Shown: positions 22,881 to 34,770 of the stretch, one piece after another
Layout of the letters: every line of letters begins with the position of its first letter
How positions within the stretch are numbered: the stretch's first letter is position 1
Assembly: GCF_035084215.1 (NCBI RefSeq)
Contig: NC_090362.1
Location: 14,260,001-14,324,000, forward strand
Reading direction: 5' to 3'
DNA: 64,000 nt
DNA from: Heptranchias perlo
Lineage: Eukaryota
Position numbers and translations under genes: made by a program
Notes under the pieces: model-generated
The model's database searches: none
Told to the model about the DNA's origin: nothing
Seen by the model: the letters and a program-made list of their open reading frames with translations, nothing else

Positions 22881-25226
22881 AATATAGGCAAATGTAAGTT
22901 CCAAAGGACCTTATGTCCCAATTGCAGGACTGAGAGTTATCCAAGGAAAAATCTATTATTGCAGAAAATGTGTTTTTATTAGTGTACAGCAACAGGAATA
23001 ATGTGCTAGTGTGTCAACACATTCCAAAAAGTGATGAGTGCAGAATCCTTGAGACAACCATGTTTGCAGCACACGCTATGCTCTGCCCTAGCCAGACCGA
23101 TATCTGATGACCTTGGAGATTCCCTGGGATCCTTTCAAGGACCTCAGTTTGAAAACCTGTGTTTTACAAGCCTGTAGATTGTAGAATGAAGTGCAGACTG
23201 TAGAATGTAACGGCTAAAAACTGTTTGAGTTCCTGGGAGCGAATGAGTTTGAACGATGAGTCTTGATTTCAATACAGTGAGGATGTCGGAGAAATGTATT
23301 TTTTTTTTTCTTCAACCACCTAAATGTCCATAGTATTTGCGATTATGCAGAGGGTCACCTCAGTGTCTTACAGAGCAGTGGCTACCCAGGGAGCAGGGGG
23401 AGGAAGAGAAGGTTGAGGAGGGGGCAAAAGCATAGTCGAAGGGAAGAGTCTTGAGGCATCTGACGGCAAGGAGGGGAGTGTGAAGACTCGGAGTACTGAA
23501 GGAGAGGGTTGGAAAGGCTGAAGCAAGGTGGCTGGAGAGGCATCCACAAATAGTGGGGACAGAGGGAGCGGGGAAGGAGAGGTTGGCTGGTGTGGGAGGA
23601 CTATACTGAGGCAAACAGCTGGAGAAATGGGGCAAGGAGAGGTGAGGATGTGGAGGGATTTGGTGAGTGCACGAGTCTGAAAGGCACGGTGCTGCAGCCC
23701 AATTAAAGTATCCTGTTGATCGCACTTTGCATAATCCCATTTTGTTTATTTTGAATTTTAGCCAAGATTTTTTTTTTGTGCTGATTAAAATTTGTTTAAT
23801 AGATTTTCAAAATTTTCATAAGAGTGTGAAATCCTGAATCTTAAATGACATTTTACTTGTCTGCTGCAAGAATCTGGTTCGTGCACAAACGAGGATGTTT
23901 ATAGTATTAACACCTTTTCATTTTTTTTTTTGGCAACACTGAATCTCATCAACTGAATAAAAAGAATATTCTCTTCCTCTGGTGTTCAGGTCCCTGTGGA
24001 CTGTCTCTGCCTCCCCAGGCTCATTGAGTAAGTGCACTGTCTAACCTAATGATGATGAGCCATACAAACCAGGAAGCCCCCAGGTTCAAACCCTGGGCTG
24101 TATGGAGGCAGAATCCCTGAAATTGACCTTGGCACCATTGGATTAGAGAGGGGGAAAATATGAGCTAAGCTCCCTGCTCCTGATTGCCACCCTTTAAAAC
24201 CTGCTGAAATGTTTGTGCGTATGTAGATGTAGATTGGGTTGAGCTGTGATGCCTTCTGTAGTCGAATATCCTGCCAACACTAGGTCTCAAGCTCCCATTG
24301 TAAAGGAGGAGTCACGTATCGGAGACTCCTGATGCTCATGAATCCTCAACAAGAGGAGAAAATTGTTAATAAAAAGCCATCTCCCCACAGCCCCCTCCCT
24401 CACGCACCCCGTTTTATAATTGATTTTTGTTTTTATTTTCGTTGGGGAATGCTTGACCGAAAATTAATCGAGTCGTGCGACCGATTTAACAAAATAACCT
24501 GTTTACACGGCTGGCTTAGATTCAATTTTTTATTCACTGATGTAAATTGAATCCTGCTGTTGCAGATTAAAGCCCGCTTAGACACAGCAAGTGAGCTCCT
24601 GATCAGTTCACAGCACAGAATGTTAATTCTGAGGCCTGTACACGCACCCAGTGTGTGCGTGTGGGGAGGGAAGGGAAGGCCATTGCGTCACACACAGCCC
24701 CTGACCTACATTTCCGTACCTACGATTCAGTACCACGTCGCTAAGTTCTTTATGTAGATATAAACTCAAATTAAACTGTATTGGTACGGAGTAGACTTGT
24801 AATAGGAATCCTGAGGCCGCTGTTTGTTTGCTTCTGAGTTTGAATCAAACAGCGTTACTTAATTTTTTTCCTCCGCATCTTCCCCTTCACCTCGTCTAAG
24901 TGTCATAAAAGGTTAAATTATGAGGTCAGGCTGCATAAACTTGGCTTGTATTCGCTTGAGTATAGAAGATTGTGGGAGTGATCTGATCGAGATGCTTAAA
25001 GTGATAAAGGGATTGATAGGGTAGATACAGAGAAACTATTTTCTCTGATGGAGGAATCAAGAGTGAGTACATAATTTTAAAATTACAGCTAGGCCATTTA
25101 GGATGGAAATCAAGCATTTTTCATACAAAAGGGTAGTGGAAATCTGTAATTCTCTGCCCATAAAGGTTGTGGATGCTGGGGGACAATTGGAACTTTCAAG
25201 ACTGAGATCGATAGTTTTTTTTAATG

Positions 25227-25445
25227 ATTGTAAACAATTTTACAACACCAAGTTATAGTCCAGCAATTTTATTTTAAATTCACAAGCTTTCGGAGGCTTC
25301 CTCCTTCCTCAGGTGAACGTTCACCTGAGGAAGGAGGAAGCCTCCGAAAGCTTGTGAATTTAAAATAAAATTGCTGGACTATAACTTGGTGTTGTAAAAT
25401 TGTTTACAATTGTCAACCCCATTCCATCACCGGCATCTCCACATC
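25227..25445. mobile_element. Penelope-derived perfect 184-bp palindrome with 35-nt extension and 12-bp TSD
   Basis: 25227-25318 is the exact reverse complement of 25319-25410. Extension 25411-25445. TTTTTTTAATGA is at 25216-25227 and 25446-25457. Confidence 0.93.
25319..25359 (+). ncRNA. Minimal hammerhead ribozyme motif (mirror copy on - strand at 25278-25318)
   Basis: GTTCAC-CTGAGGA-A-GGAGG-AAG-CCTCC-GAAA-GC-TT-GTGAAT. Stem I is GTTCAC/GTGAAT. Confidence 0.72.
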
Positions 25446-25829
25446 TTTTTTTAATGAGGTGAGGGTATCAAGGGATATGGAGCTAAGGCATGATCAGCCA
25501 TGATCTAATTGAATGGCGGAGCAGGCTCAAGTGGCTGACTGGCCTCCTCCTGTTCCTGTATCTTGCCAGAGGTGTAGTCCCATGGTTACCGGTTGCCACC
25601 AAATGTGTGAGCTTAGACATTGAGTTTTTGGCGGGTGTCAACGTCACATCAGATCTCCTCTCCATCTGAAGTCCGAGCGTGCACATGGCCAAACAGGCAC
25701 TCACTCGTTTTTGGGTTTATTGAGCAGGAGCTGTAACCCTGGGGTGTTTACCCTTCGCTAGTGTTGACACTGAGCAGGACTCCCCCGCCCGCCCAGTATT
25801 GGCATTGGGCAGTGTCAGTATACATGGTA

Positions 25830-26280
25830 TCAGCCGTGGCTCAGTGGGTAGCACCTTCTGAGTCAGAAGGTTGAGAGTTCAAGTCCCACTCCAGAGACTT
25901 GAGTGCATAATCCAGGCTGACACTCCCAATGCAGTACTGAGGGAGCGCTGCGCTGTCGGAGGTGCCGTCTTTCGGATGAGACGTTAAACAGAGGACGTCT
26001 GCCCTCTGAGGTGGATGAAAAAGATCCTATGGCACTATTTCGAAGAAGAGTATGGGAGTTCTTCCTGGAGTCCTGGCCAATATTTATCCCTCAACCAACA
26101 TCACTAAAACGTTATCGGGTCATTAGCACATGTTTGTGGGATCTTGCTGTGCGCAAATTGGCTGCCACGTTTCCTACATTACAACAGTGACTACATTTTA
26201 AAAAGTACTTCGTTGGCTGTAAAGCGCTTTGGGACGTCCTGAGGATGTGAAAGGCGCTATATAAATGCAAATTCTTTCTC
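25830..26280 (+). mobile_element. Deu-domain SINE (SacSINE1-like), near full length
   Basis: GCCGTGGCTCAGTGGGTAGCAC / GAGTTCAAGTCCC head, Deu core, tail AAAGGCGCTATATAAATGCAA. Confidence 0.9.
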
Positions 26281-27005
26281 TCTAATATAAAGCCACCTAT
26301 TACAGTAGGGTGAAGTACAGTTGGTTACAAGCTGGAAGCCGGTCCTGGGTAGTGGTGGCATTAATTTAAAGTGATGTGTAAGAGATTGTGACATTCATGG
26401 GATGACTGAAACATGATACTTTTCTTTGCAGTGTAATGGTCTCATTGTAGTTATTAATTTAGTGACGCACACAGTGAGACATTTGGGAGGGAGGGAAAAC
26501 AATGCAAAAAGTGGTTATTAATTGCATTTTTTTTTAAATCTAAGTTTGTAGGGAATGAGGGCCCCGATTCCACTAGTGACAGGGATGCAGCCCTCTCCCA
26601 ATGTTCCCAATGGCAAGCAACGTAATTCTTCCACTGCAGTAATAGGTGACTGCTACTGCATATGGTGCGTCATGCGAAGACAGCCATTTATACGTGATAA
26701 AGATCTGCTTCTGAAGGCGTCTTGTGTTGTGTAAACACTGTAGTGAATGCTGGTATATGAAGTGATAGAATTGAGCTGTTTGCGAGTGTTTGCTGTACAG
26801 TAACCTCAATTAAAAGGGATAGCATCACTTCTGTTATCTAGAATGAAATGCACTGTAAGTGAAACCAGCACAACATTCTCTGTTTACAAGCTCTGGCATC
26901 ACCTAACTACAATTACTTGACTTATCTCATCTTCTCTCCTACTCTTCTTAACCTTGGTGGTGCCCTGCACTGTGGGGCTTGGTCCTTCCCTTAGATTTCT
27001 TAATA

Positions 27006-27520
27006 GAAGAACAACAACAACGTACATTTATATAGCGCCTTTAACGTAGTAAAATGTCCCAAGGCGCTTCACAGGAACGTTATAAAATATAATTTGACAC
27101 CGAGCCATGTAAGGAGATATTAGGAAGGGAAAGAGGCAGGTTTTAAAGGTGGAGAGAGGGGCGGAGAGGTTTAGGGAGGGGATTACAGAGCTTAGGGCCT
27201 AGGCGGGTGAAGGCACGGCTGCCAATGGTGGAGCGATTAAAATCAGGGAAGCACAAGAGGCCAGAATTGGAGGAGCGCAAAGATCTCGGAGGGTTGTAGG
27301 GCTGGAGGAGGTTACAGAGATGGGGAGGGGCGAGGCCGTGGAGGGATTTGAAAACAAGGATGAGAATTTTAAAATTGAGGCCTTGCAGGACCAGGAGCCA
27401 GTGTAGGTCAACGAGCCCAGGCATGATGGATGAACATGACTTGGTAGGATACGGGCAGCAGAGTTTTGGATGAGCTCACGTTTGCAGAGGGTCCAAGGTT
27501 GGAGGCTGGCCAGGAGAGCC
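27006..27520 (-). mobile_element. L2 LINE 3' fragment
   Basis: Minus-strand ORF PGLVDLHWLLV.QGLNFKILILVFKSLHGLAP, the L2 ORF2 C-terminus, with an (AAC)n tail. Confidence 0.88.
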
Positions 27521-28456
27521 TATGAAAGTTGAGTAAATTTGTTTGAGGAGCATAACACCATGCCAGTAAAATTGTTCGTTATGCTTGGACATCACAGCAA
27601 AGCTTAATCTTCTCTCCTCATTCACACGGGCTCTTTCCAGCCTTTGTCACTGGATAGCCATCGGGAGTCTGGCTGATTTTCACCCCTCCTATTGAGGCTT
27701 GTTTTAGCTCCCCACTGCTACCCTGGCTGAGAGAGAGTAAACTTGACACACCCCAAGCATCGAACCTGGGACCATCCAGGTCAGTGGCTCAGCTACACAT
27801 TGCCTCAACCAGCTTGGGCCACTGGGGGAATAGAACGCGTGCACTGAAGTATCAGAGCCAATGTATCAGTGGTGAATACTGTAGCATTACATGGCCACTT
27901 ACAACAGTGGTATTTCATGAGAAGCTTACAGTGCAACCAATTTGCTTAAATGAACGGCAATGTCGTATCATTACAGAGGGCCTTACTCTAGGGTTGCATT
28001 TTGGTCACCAAAATTGATGAGTCTCCCCCAAAAATAATTGAGCCTTTACATGTCTGGAATTCACAGTTAATCTCTTCAGGTGTCTGCTTAATTCAACCTT
28101 TTGCTCAGGCTACTTGGATGATGTGACTTGCTTTTACCAGTGATGGCCACCAAGTTGTAGTGGCTGCTTAATCTGGGCTCCCAAGAAAAATAATTGACAC
28201 GAAGAGTGGATTTTTATTTTTGTTTTTGATCTCTTTGAGCTTAGTCAGTTTGGCAGATTCTTCTGTTCATTTTCCCTTCCCCAGCCTGAGATCAGCTATA
28301 TGGTTCCTGCACCGTCATCCCAGCTAAGATCAGCCTGCCCCAATAGAACAGGGACTGTTCTGGTCTATATGACTCAGTGCCGCAATGGATGATGTACTTT
28401 ACCTATTGATCCATGAGAGGAGCTAAGAAATCTTAATTGTTCAGGCTTATTGTGGT

Positions 28457-28706
28457 TAGAATCATCGAATGGCCTCCTTTTGTGCTGCATCATTTGTGCC
28501 TGTGCAGGCTCTTTGGTAGAGCTTTCCAATTGGTCCCACTCCCCTGTTCTTTTTTCCCCATAGCCCTGCAGATTGTTTTCCCTTCCGTGTATATACCCAA
28601 TTCCCTTTTGAATCTGCTTCCACCACCCTTTCAGGTAGTGCGTTCCAGATCATCATAACCTCGCTGCGTAAATTTTTTTTCCTCATGTCGCCTCTGGTTC
28701 TTTTCA
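28457..28706 (-). mobile_element. CR1 LINE 3' fragment just upstream of the exon acceptor
   Basis: Minus-strand MRKK..VMMIWNALPERVVEADS. It resembles 58855-59122. Confidence 0.75.
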
Positions 28707-28774
28707 GGGAGTGAGAGGATTGACATATCTTGTATTTATATTACTGGGTAATGGTTCCTTCATTTTTCTTTCAG

Positions 28775-29323
28775 TATGCAGTGGTATGGACATCAGAAAT
28801 CAAGTGGGTGATCTCCGGCAGCTGGAGAACTGCACCATAATAGAAGGCTACCTGCAGATTCTACTCATCTTCAATGGTAAAGCAGAAGACTTTCGTGCCC
28901 TCCGATTCCCAAAGCTGACCGTCATCACCGATTACCTGCTGCTGTACCGCGTCTACGGATTGGAGACGTTGAGGGACCTGTTCCCGAACCTTACTGTCAT
29001 CCGCGGGATACGCCTTTTCTTCAACTACGCCTTGGTCATCTTTGAAATGACTCACTTGAAAGAGATCGGACTGTACAGCCTCCAGAATATCACACGGGGC
29101 GCTGTTCGGATTGAGAAGAACCATGACCTCTGTTACCTGTCCACCATTGACTGGTCCTTTGTTCTGGATTCTGTGGAAAATAACTACATAGATCGGAATA
29201 AGCAACAGAACGAATGCGGGGATGTCTGCCCAGGAACCATGGAGGACCGGCCACTTTGCACAAAGACCAGTGTGTACAACCAGTACAACTATCGTTGCTG
29301 GACTGCAAACCACTGCCAGAAAG
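28775..29323 (+). CDS. Internal coding exon (exon 2 equivalent) of an insulin-receptor-family tyrosine kinase (INSR/IGF1R/INSRR family; best guess INSRR-like): receptor L1 domain and start of the furin-like Cys-rich region
   Basis: Translation (V)[30 protein letters not shown]...[22 protein letters not shown]...CYLSTIDWS...ECGDVCPG...[11 protein letters not shown]. Acceptor CATTTTTCTTTCAG ends at 28774 and donor AAAG|GTAGGC has GT at 29324. Length 549 bp, phase 1-1, same boundaries as exon 2 of the family. Confidence 0.96.
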
Positions 29324-30577
29324 GTAGGCTGACTTCGAAATCTCGGTTGATATTTTCACCCTGTGAATTAGTTAATGGTTTAAACCCAAGCACAGTGCGC
29401 TCCTTGAATCACCTCCCAAATGTCTTGTCTGAAGCAAAGGTCTTGGCTAAGTCCCAATGTGGTGCCATTTACGCAGTGAACTGAGTGGATCTCCATTTTG
29501 AGAGCTGTAGTGGTTTGAAGCCTTTTGCTATCTTCTGTGTTACGTGCTACTTACTCTCCTTTGAACTATCCACCTGTATTTCATTTGAGAGTGTTTATGT
29601 ACAATTATTCCAGGAGGTGCTGTTTATATTAGACCAAAGTACGATGTGCAGCCTTTTTGTTGGGGTTTTGCAAGTCCCCTTCGGGTGGTGTAGAGTTCTG
29701 GCTGCAGGATCACTTGAAGGGAAGCTGTTCAGTCAGAAAACCATGCATCCTGCAGAAGAGGCATTCTTATAGACCCGAAGCATTTGTGACCACTAATACT
29801 TCACTCCAACAGACTTTTTAACCCTTTTTTTATCGCATGCCCCCTCATCAGTTTGCTCCCTGACTCCTTATTCCATAGGCCTGGCATACCCTGGTCTCTC
29901 AGCCAAGTAGTCACTCTTCCTGAGTGAGCCTTGACCACGGAGCATCATAGCCAGGCTTAACCCTCTCCTCACTCGACCCCACACAGCATCCCTTTCCAGC
30001 AGGGGTCACTTATCAGAAGTGGGAGCAGGGACCTTGATGAACTTTACCCCCCACCCCCCATTCCCTAGCCTAGGTCAGTTGTGTGTCCCATTTCCACCTA
30101 TATTTGTATTGCCCAGTGGCTGAGATAAGTTAACAGGGCATAGGCCTGGGATCAAACTTGGGAAATTCCTGGCCACTGGGTGGTGGATTTACCAATCGAG
30201 TGAAAAGGGCCACTATGATCCTTGAAATACTTCCTCATATTTCTGAGACCCACCTAGCAGTATTCACCTAAAATGACAAGCTTTCTAATGCGTTTTGTGT
30301 GGCAGCCTTTGCTTTATAAGAATGTTGCTCAGCTTTTGTTGGAAGGATTGGTTTCACTGTTGGTTCTGGGAGTTGGTGTGCTCTTGATGCACAGTTCATG
30401 TTTAGCAGATTGCAGTTGTGTCTGACCCTTCAGTGAATGCTAATTTGTAGCAATCTTTTTCCCCCTTCGCTCCCTCCTTCTAACCCCCTCCCAGTCCATG
30501 ACCATCGAATTTTAGTGCCGACAGATTAATTGTTCAAATCTGCAACTGTATTGAAAAACCACTAATCTATAAAGTAA

Positions 30578-30680
30578 AAAAAACAGGAAATGCTGGAAAC
30601 ACTCAGCAGTTCAGGCAGCATCCGTGGATAGAGAAACAGAGTTAATGTTTCAGGCCGATGACCTTTCGTGAGAACTGGAA
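30578..30680 (-). mobile_element. Penelope family-2 pLTR fragment with a degenerate hammerhead
   Basis: The reverse complement GTTCTCACGAAAGGTCATCGGCCTGAAACATTAAC...GATGCTGCCTGAACTGCTGAGTGTTTCCAGCATTT matches 7562-7655. The core is mutated. Confidence 0.7.
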
Positions 30681-31014
30681 GCAGTAAAGATTTAACAGTT
30701 TTATATAGTTCCATAAAGTACTTTCATTGTTAATGGGAAATAACCATTTCTAATCTATCTGTTTGTGTTGTGTGGGAAACCTGCCTGGCTTTTTTATAAC
30801 TTCAATTTTGAGTTGGTCAAATACATTAAGTATATAGAATTACCGTAGGGGAAGTGATGTGCTACAGAACATTGCTGCAGAGCAAGTTACAAGAGTCTTT
30901 GCGCCTCTGTAGGATTCAAAGCTTCCTACAACCGATGAGTAAAACCCCACAATTATGGAGCGGTCTGTGGATCAACAGGAAGATCAGGGAATTTGATCTG
31001 GGACAATGCAGGGA

Positions 31015-34000
31015 CAACATAGGAACAGGAGTAGGCCATTCAGCCCCTCGTGCCTGCTCCGCTATTTGATAAGATCATGACTGATCTGTGATCTAACTCC
31101 ATACACCTGCCTTTGGCCCATATCCCTTAATACCTTTGGTTGCCAAAAAGCTATCTATCTCAGATTTAAATTTAGCAATTGAGCTAGTATCAATTGCTAT
31201 TTGCGGAAGAGAGTTCCAAACTTCTACAACCCTTTGTGTGTAGAAATGTTTTCTAATCTTGCTCCTGAAAGGTCTGGCTCTAATTTTTAGACTGTGCCCC
31301 CTACTCCTAAAATCCCCAACCAGCGGAAATAGTTTCTCTCTATCCACCCTATCTGTTCCCCTTAATATCTTATAAACTTCGATCAGATCACCCCAATTTG
31401 TGTAATCTCTTCTCATAACTTAACCTTTGAAGTCCGGGTATCATTCTAGTAAACCTACGCTGCACTCCCTCCAAGGCCAATATGTCATTCTGAAGGTGCG
31501 GTGCCCAGAACTGCTCACAGTACTCCAGGTGCGGTCTAACCAGGGTTTTGTATAGCTGCAGCATAACTTCTGCCCCCTTGTACTCTAGTCCTCGAGATAT
31601 AAAGGCCAGCATTTCATTTGCCTTCTTGATTATTTTCTGCACCTGTTCATGACACTTTAATGATCTATGTACCCGAACCCCTAAGTCTCTTTGGACATCC
31701 ACTGCTTTTAACTTTTTACCATTTAGAAAGTACCCTGTTCTATCCTTTTTTGATCCAAAGTGGATGACCTCACATTTGTCTACATTGAATTCCATTTGCC
31801 ACGGTTTTGCCCATTCGCCTGATCTATCAATATTGCTTTGTAATTTTATTTTTTCATCTACACTGCTTACAATGCCACTAATCTTTGTGTCATCGGCAAA
31901 CTTAGATATGAGACTTTCTATGCCTTCATCTAAGTCGTTAATAAATATTGTGAATAATTGAGGCCCCAAGACAGATCCCTGCGGGACTCCACTAGTCACA
32001 TCCTGCCAATGTGAGTACTTACCCATTATCCCTACTGTCCGTCGCCTTTCGCTCAGCCAACTTCCTAACCAAGTCCGTACTTTTCCCTCGATTCCATTGG
32101 CTTCTATCTTAGCTAACCGTCTCTTATGCGGGACCTTATCAAATGCCTTCTGGAAGTCCATATAAATAACATCCATTGACATTCCCCTGTCCACTACTTT
32201 AGTCACCTCTCCCAAAAAATTCAATCAGGTTTGTCAAGCACGACCTACCTTTCACAAATCCATGCTGGCTCTCTCTTATTAACTGAAAATTCTCGAGGTG
32301 TTCAGTCACCCTATCCTTAATTATAGACTCCAGCATTTTCCCCACAACAGATGTTAGGCTAACTGGTCTATAATTCCCCGGTTTCCTTCCCTCTCCTCTC
32401 TTAAAAAGCGGAGTGACATGTGCAATTTTCCAATCTAGAGAACTTTGAAAGATTCTAGTTAGGGCATCCGCAGTGTGCTCACCTACTTCCTTTAAAACCC
32501 TGGGATGGAAACCATCTGGTCCTGGGGATTTGTCACTCTTTAGTGCTGTTATTTTCTTCATTACTGTTGCTTTACCTATGTTAATTTTATCGAATTCCTG
32601 TCCCCGATTCAATATAAGTTTTCTTGGCATTTCCGGCATGCTATCCTCTTTTTCGACTGTAAATACTGACGCAAAGTAATTGTTCAACATGTCCGCCATT
32701 TCCCCATTGTCAATGACAATATCCCCACTTTCAGTTTTTAAGGGGCCAACACTGCTCCTGACCACCCTCTTTTTCCTAATATAACTATAAAAGTTCTCCG
32801 TATTGGTTTTGATATCCCTTGCGAATTTCTTTTCATACTCTCTTTTTGTAGCCCTTACTATCTGTTTTGTGACCCTTTGTTGATCTTTGTATCTTTCCCA
32901 TTCGCCAGGATCTGTGCCATTTTTTGCCTTTTTGTATGCCCTTTCCTTATGTCTTATACTGTCCCTTACCTCTTTAGTTGTCCATGGCTGTTTTTTTTGG
33001 CAAGTAGAGTTCTTGCCCCTCAGGGGTATAAACTGATTCTGTATCACGTTAAATGTTTCTTTAAACATTTCCCACTGATCATCAGTCGTTTTACCCATTA
33101 ACAGATTTGCCCAGTTTACTGTGGACAGTCTCTGTCTCATCCCATTGAAGTCGGCCTTGCCCAAGTCTAGAATCTTAGCAGCTGATTCACTTTTTTCCCC
33201 TTTCAAACTCTACATTGAACTCGATCATGTTATGATCACTATTGGATCGATGTTCACGCACAGTTAAGCCGTTAACTAAATCTGGTTCATTACTCATTAC
33301 TAAATCTTGCCCCCTTGTTGCCTCTAGGACATACTGCTGTAGAAAACTATCCCAGACACACTCAAGAAATTCACTACCTTTCTGACAGTTGCTAGTCTGC
33401 TTTTCCCAATCTATGTGAAGGTTAAAGTCCCCCATTAAGACCACTATGCCTTTCTTACACGCTTGTCTAATCTCTGCATTTATACAATCTAGCACTTCAG
33501 AGCTGCTGCCAGGGCTCCTATATACAACTCTCACTATAGTCTTAGATCCTTTCCTATTTCTCAATTCAACCCATAAGGTCTCTGTTGGCTGCTTGCCTCT
33601 CGTTATATCCCCCTTTATCATTGAAGTGATTTCATCTCTAATCATTAAGGCTACTCCTCCCCCTCTTCCATTTTCCCTCTCTCTCCTGTAGACCTTATAA
33701 CCCGGTATAATTAGTTCCCAATCCTGACCATCCTGCAGCCAAGTCTCAGTAATAGCTATCATGTCATACCCTCCAATTTGAATTTGAACCTGTAGTTCAT
33801 TTAATTTATTCCTTATACTCCGTGCATTTGTATATAGAACTCTTAGTTGGGCCACACACCCTAGCCTGATCTTCAGCTTTGATGCTGGGTTAATTGCCTT
33901 ACGCCTTCTAGTTTTTATTTTATCTGTCGTGCCTAAAGTACATTTTCTTTCCGCTGCTCTACGCTTTTCCCTTTCACTTGTTCTTGAACAACTGTTTGTA

Positions 34001-34381
34001 CTATTTGTATTGTAGATTTCCCCTGGGTCTTCCCCTCTCTTGCTGCTCTTAACTTTATTCCCTTCTGACTCCCCGCTCAGGTTCCCATCCCCCTGCCACT
34101 CTAGTTTAAACCTTCCCCAACAGCACTAGCAAACACCCCTGCGAGGACATTGGTCCCGGTCCTGCTCGGGTGTAACCCGTCACGCTTGTACAGGTCCCAC
34201 CTTCCCCAGAACTGGTCCCAATGTCCCAGGAATTTAAATCCCTCTCTCCTACACCATCCCTGCAGCCACGCATTCATCCTGTCTATTCTCCTGTTCCTAT
34301 ACTCACTAGCACGTGGCACCGGTAGTAATCCTGAGATCACTACCTTTGAAGTCCTGCTTTTTAATTTATCTCCTAACTCCT
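31015..34381 (-). mobile_element. CR1 LINE, 5'-truncated: end of ORF1 (SGNH esterase), decayed ORF2 (APE endonuclease and RT) and 3' UTR
   Basis: ORF1 end ISGLLPVPR..NAWL..WCRREGFKFL.HW..RDGLH (34101-34381), ORF2 from about 33855 to 31093, and a CR1 3' UTR ending in CCTACTCCTGTTCCTATG. Confidence 0.95.
31093..33855 (-). pseudogene. CR1 ORF2 (endonuclease-reverse transcriptase), frameshifted into four pieces
   Basis: ORFs 33187-33855 (YTNARS, ITETW, GDFN, SDH), 32199-33206 (KSPGPDG, NYRPVSLT), 31388-32224 (DFQKAFD, PQGSVLGP, FADD) and 31093-31416. Confidence 0.92.
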
Positions 34382-34519
34382 TTATGAACTGTTCATTTAT
34401 TTTTGGGGTTCAAAGGAGGTGGACATTATGGGGGTGATCAATATATTTTATCAGTTGCTTAATGTGAGCTCCCAACTTTGTTTTTTCAGACTGACATTGA
34501 AGTAGGTGAAAGTAAAAGG

Positions 34520-34770
34520 GAAAGACTCGGACTTACGTAGCACCTTATATCTCTCAAAAAAAATCTCAAAGTACTACGTGTATGATTAATTATTTTGAAG
34601 TGCAGTGACTTATGTAGGCAAACATGGCACTTGTTTTTGCACAAAGCGGAATCCTTCAAACAGCAGTAAGATGCCTGACTTGTTTTTTTTCTGGGTTGAG
34701 GTGATTTGAAGGGAGATTATTGACCAGAACACTTGAGACCTGCACCTCTTCGAGTCATACCATGGGATCT
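34520..34770 (-). mobile_element. Deu-domain SINE, strongly degenerate
   Basis: TTTTGAAGTGCAGTGACT..GTAGGCAAAC...ATCCTTCAAACAGCA...CCATGGGATCTTT. Confidence 0.6.

Larger units (their letters stand above)
18663..23662 (+). repeat. Tandem segmental duplication (18663-21267 and 21268-23662)
   Basis: The unique spacer 20481-21268 recurs at a constant offset of 2394. The order of minisatellite variants is the same in both copies. Confidence 0.93.
24905..25560 (+). mobile_element. CR1 LINE 3' fragment interrupted by a Penelope palindrome
   Basis: Degenerate LNYE.RLHKLGLYSLEYRRL..DLIE coding region and the CR1 3' UTR GATCAGCCATGATCTAATTGAATGGCGGAGCAGGCTC. Confidence 0.85.

Noticed and set aside
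25830-25895. tRNA gene (also near 40232 and 54908)
   Set aside because: The A/B boxes run directly into SINE bodies and no complete cloverleaf is evident.
28711-29484. 257-aa single-exon ORF with a hydrophobic N-terminus, or a secreted read-through isoform
   Set aside because: It starts at GTG and the hydrophobic leader is intronic sequence including the polypyrimidine tract. Homology starts and stops at canonical splice sites. I saw no AATAAA shortly after the stop.
31015-34381. Active or domesticated CR1 reverse transcriptase
   Set aside because: Three frameshifts, small internal deletions and a 5' truncation make it an ordinary dead copy.
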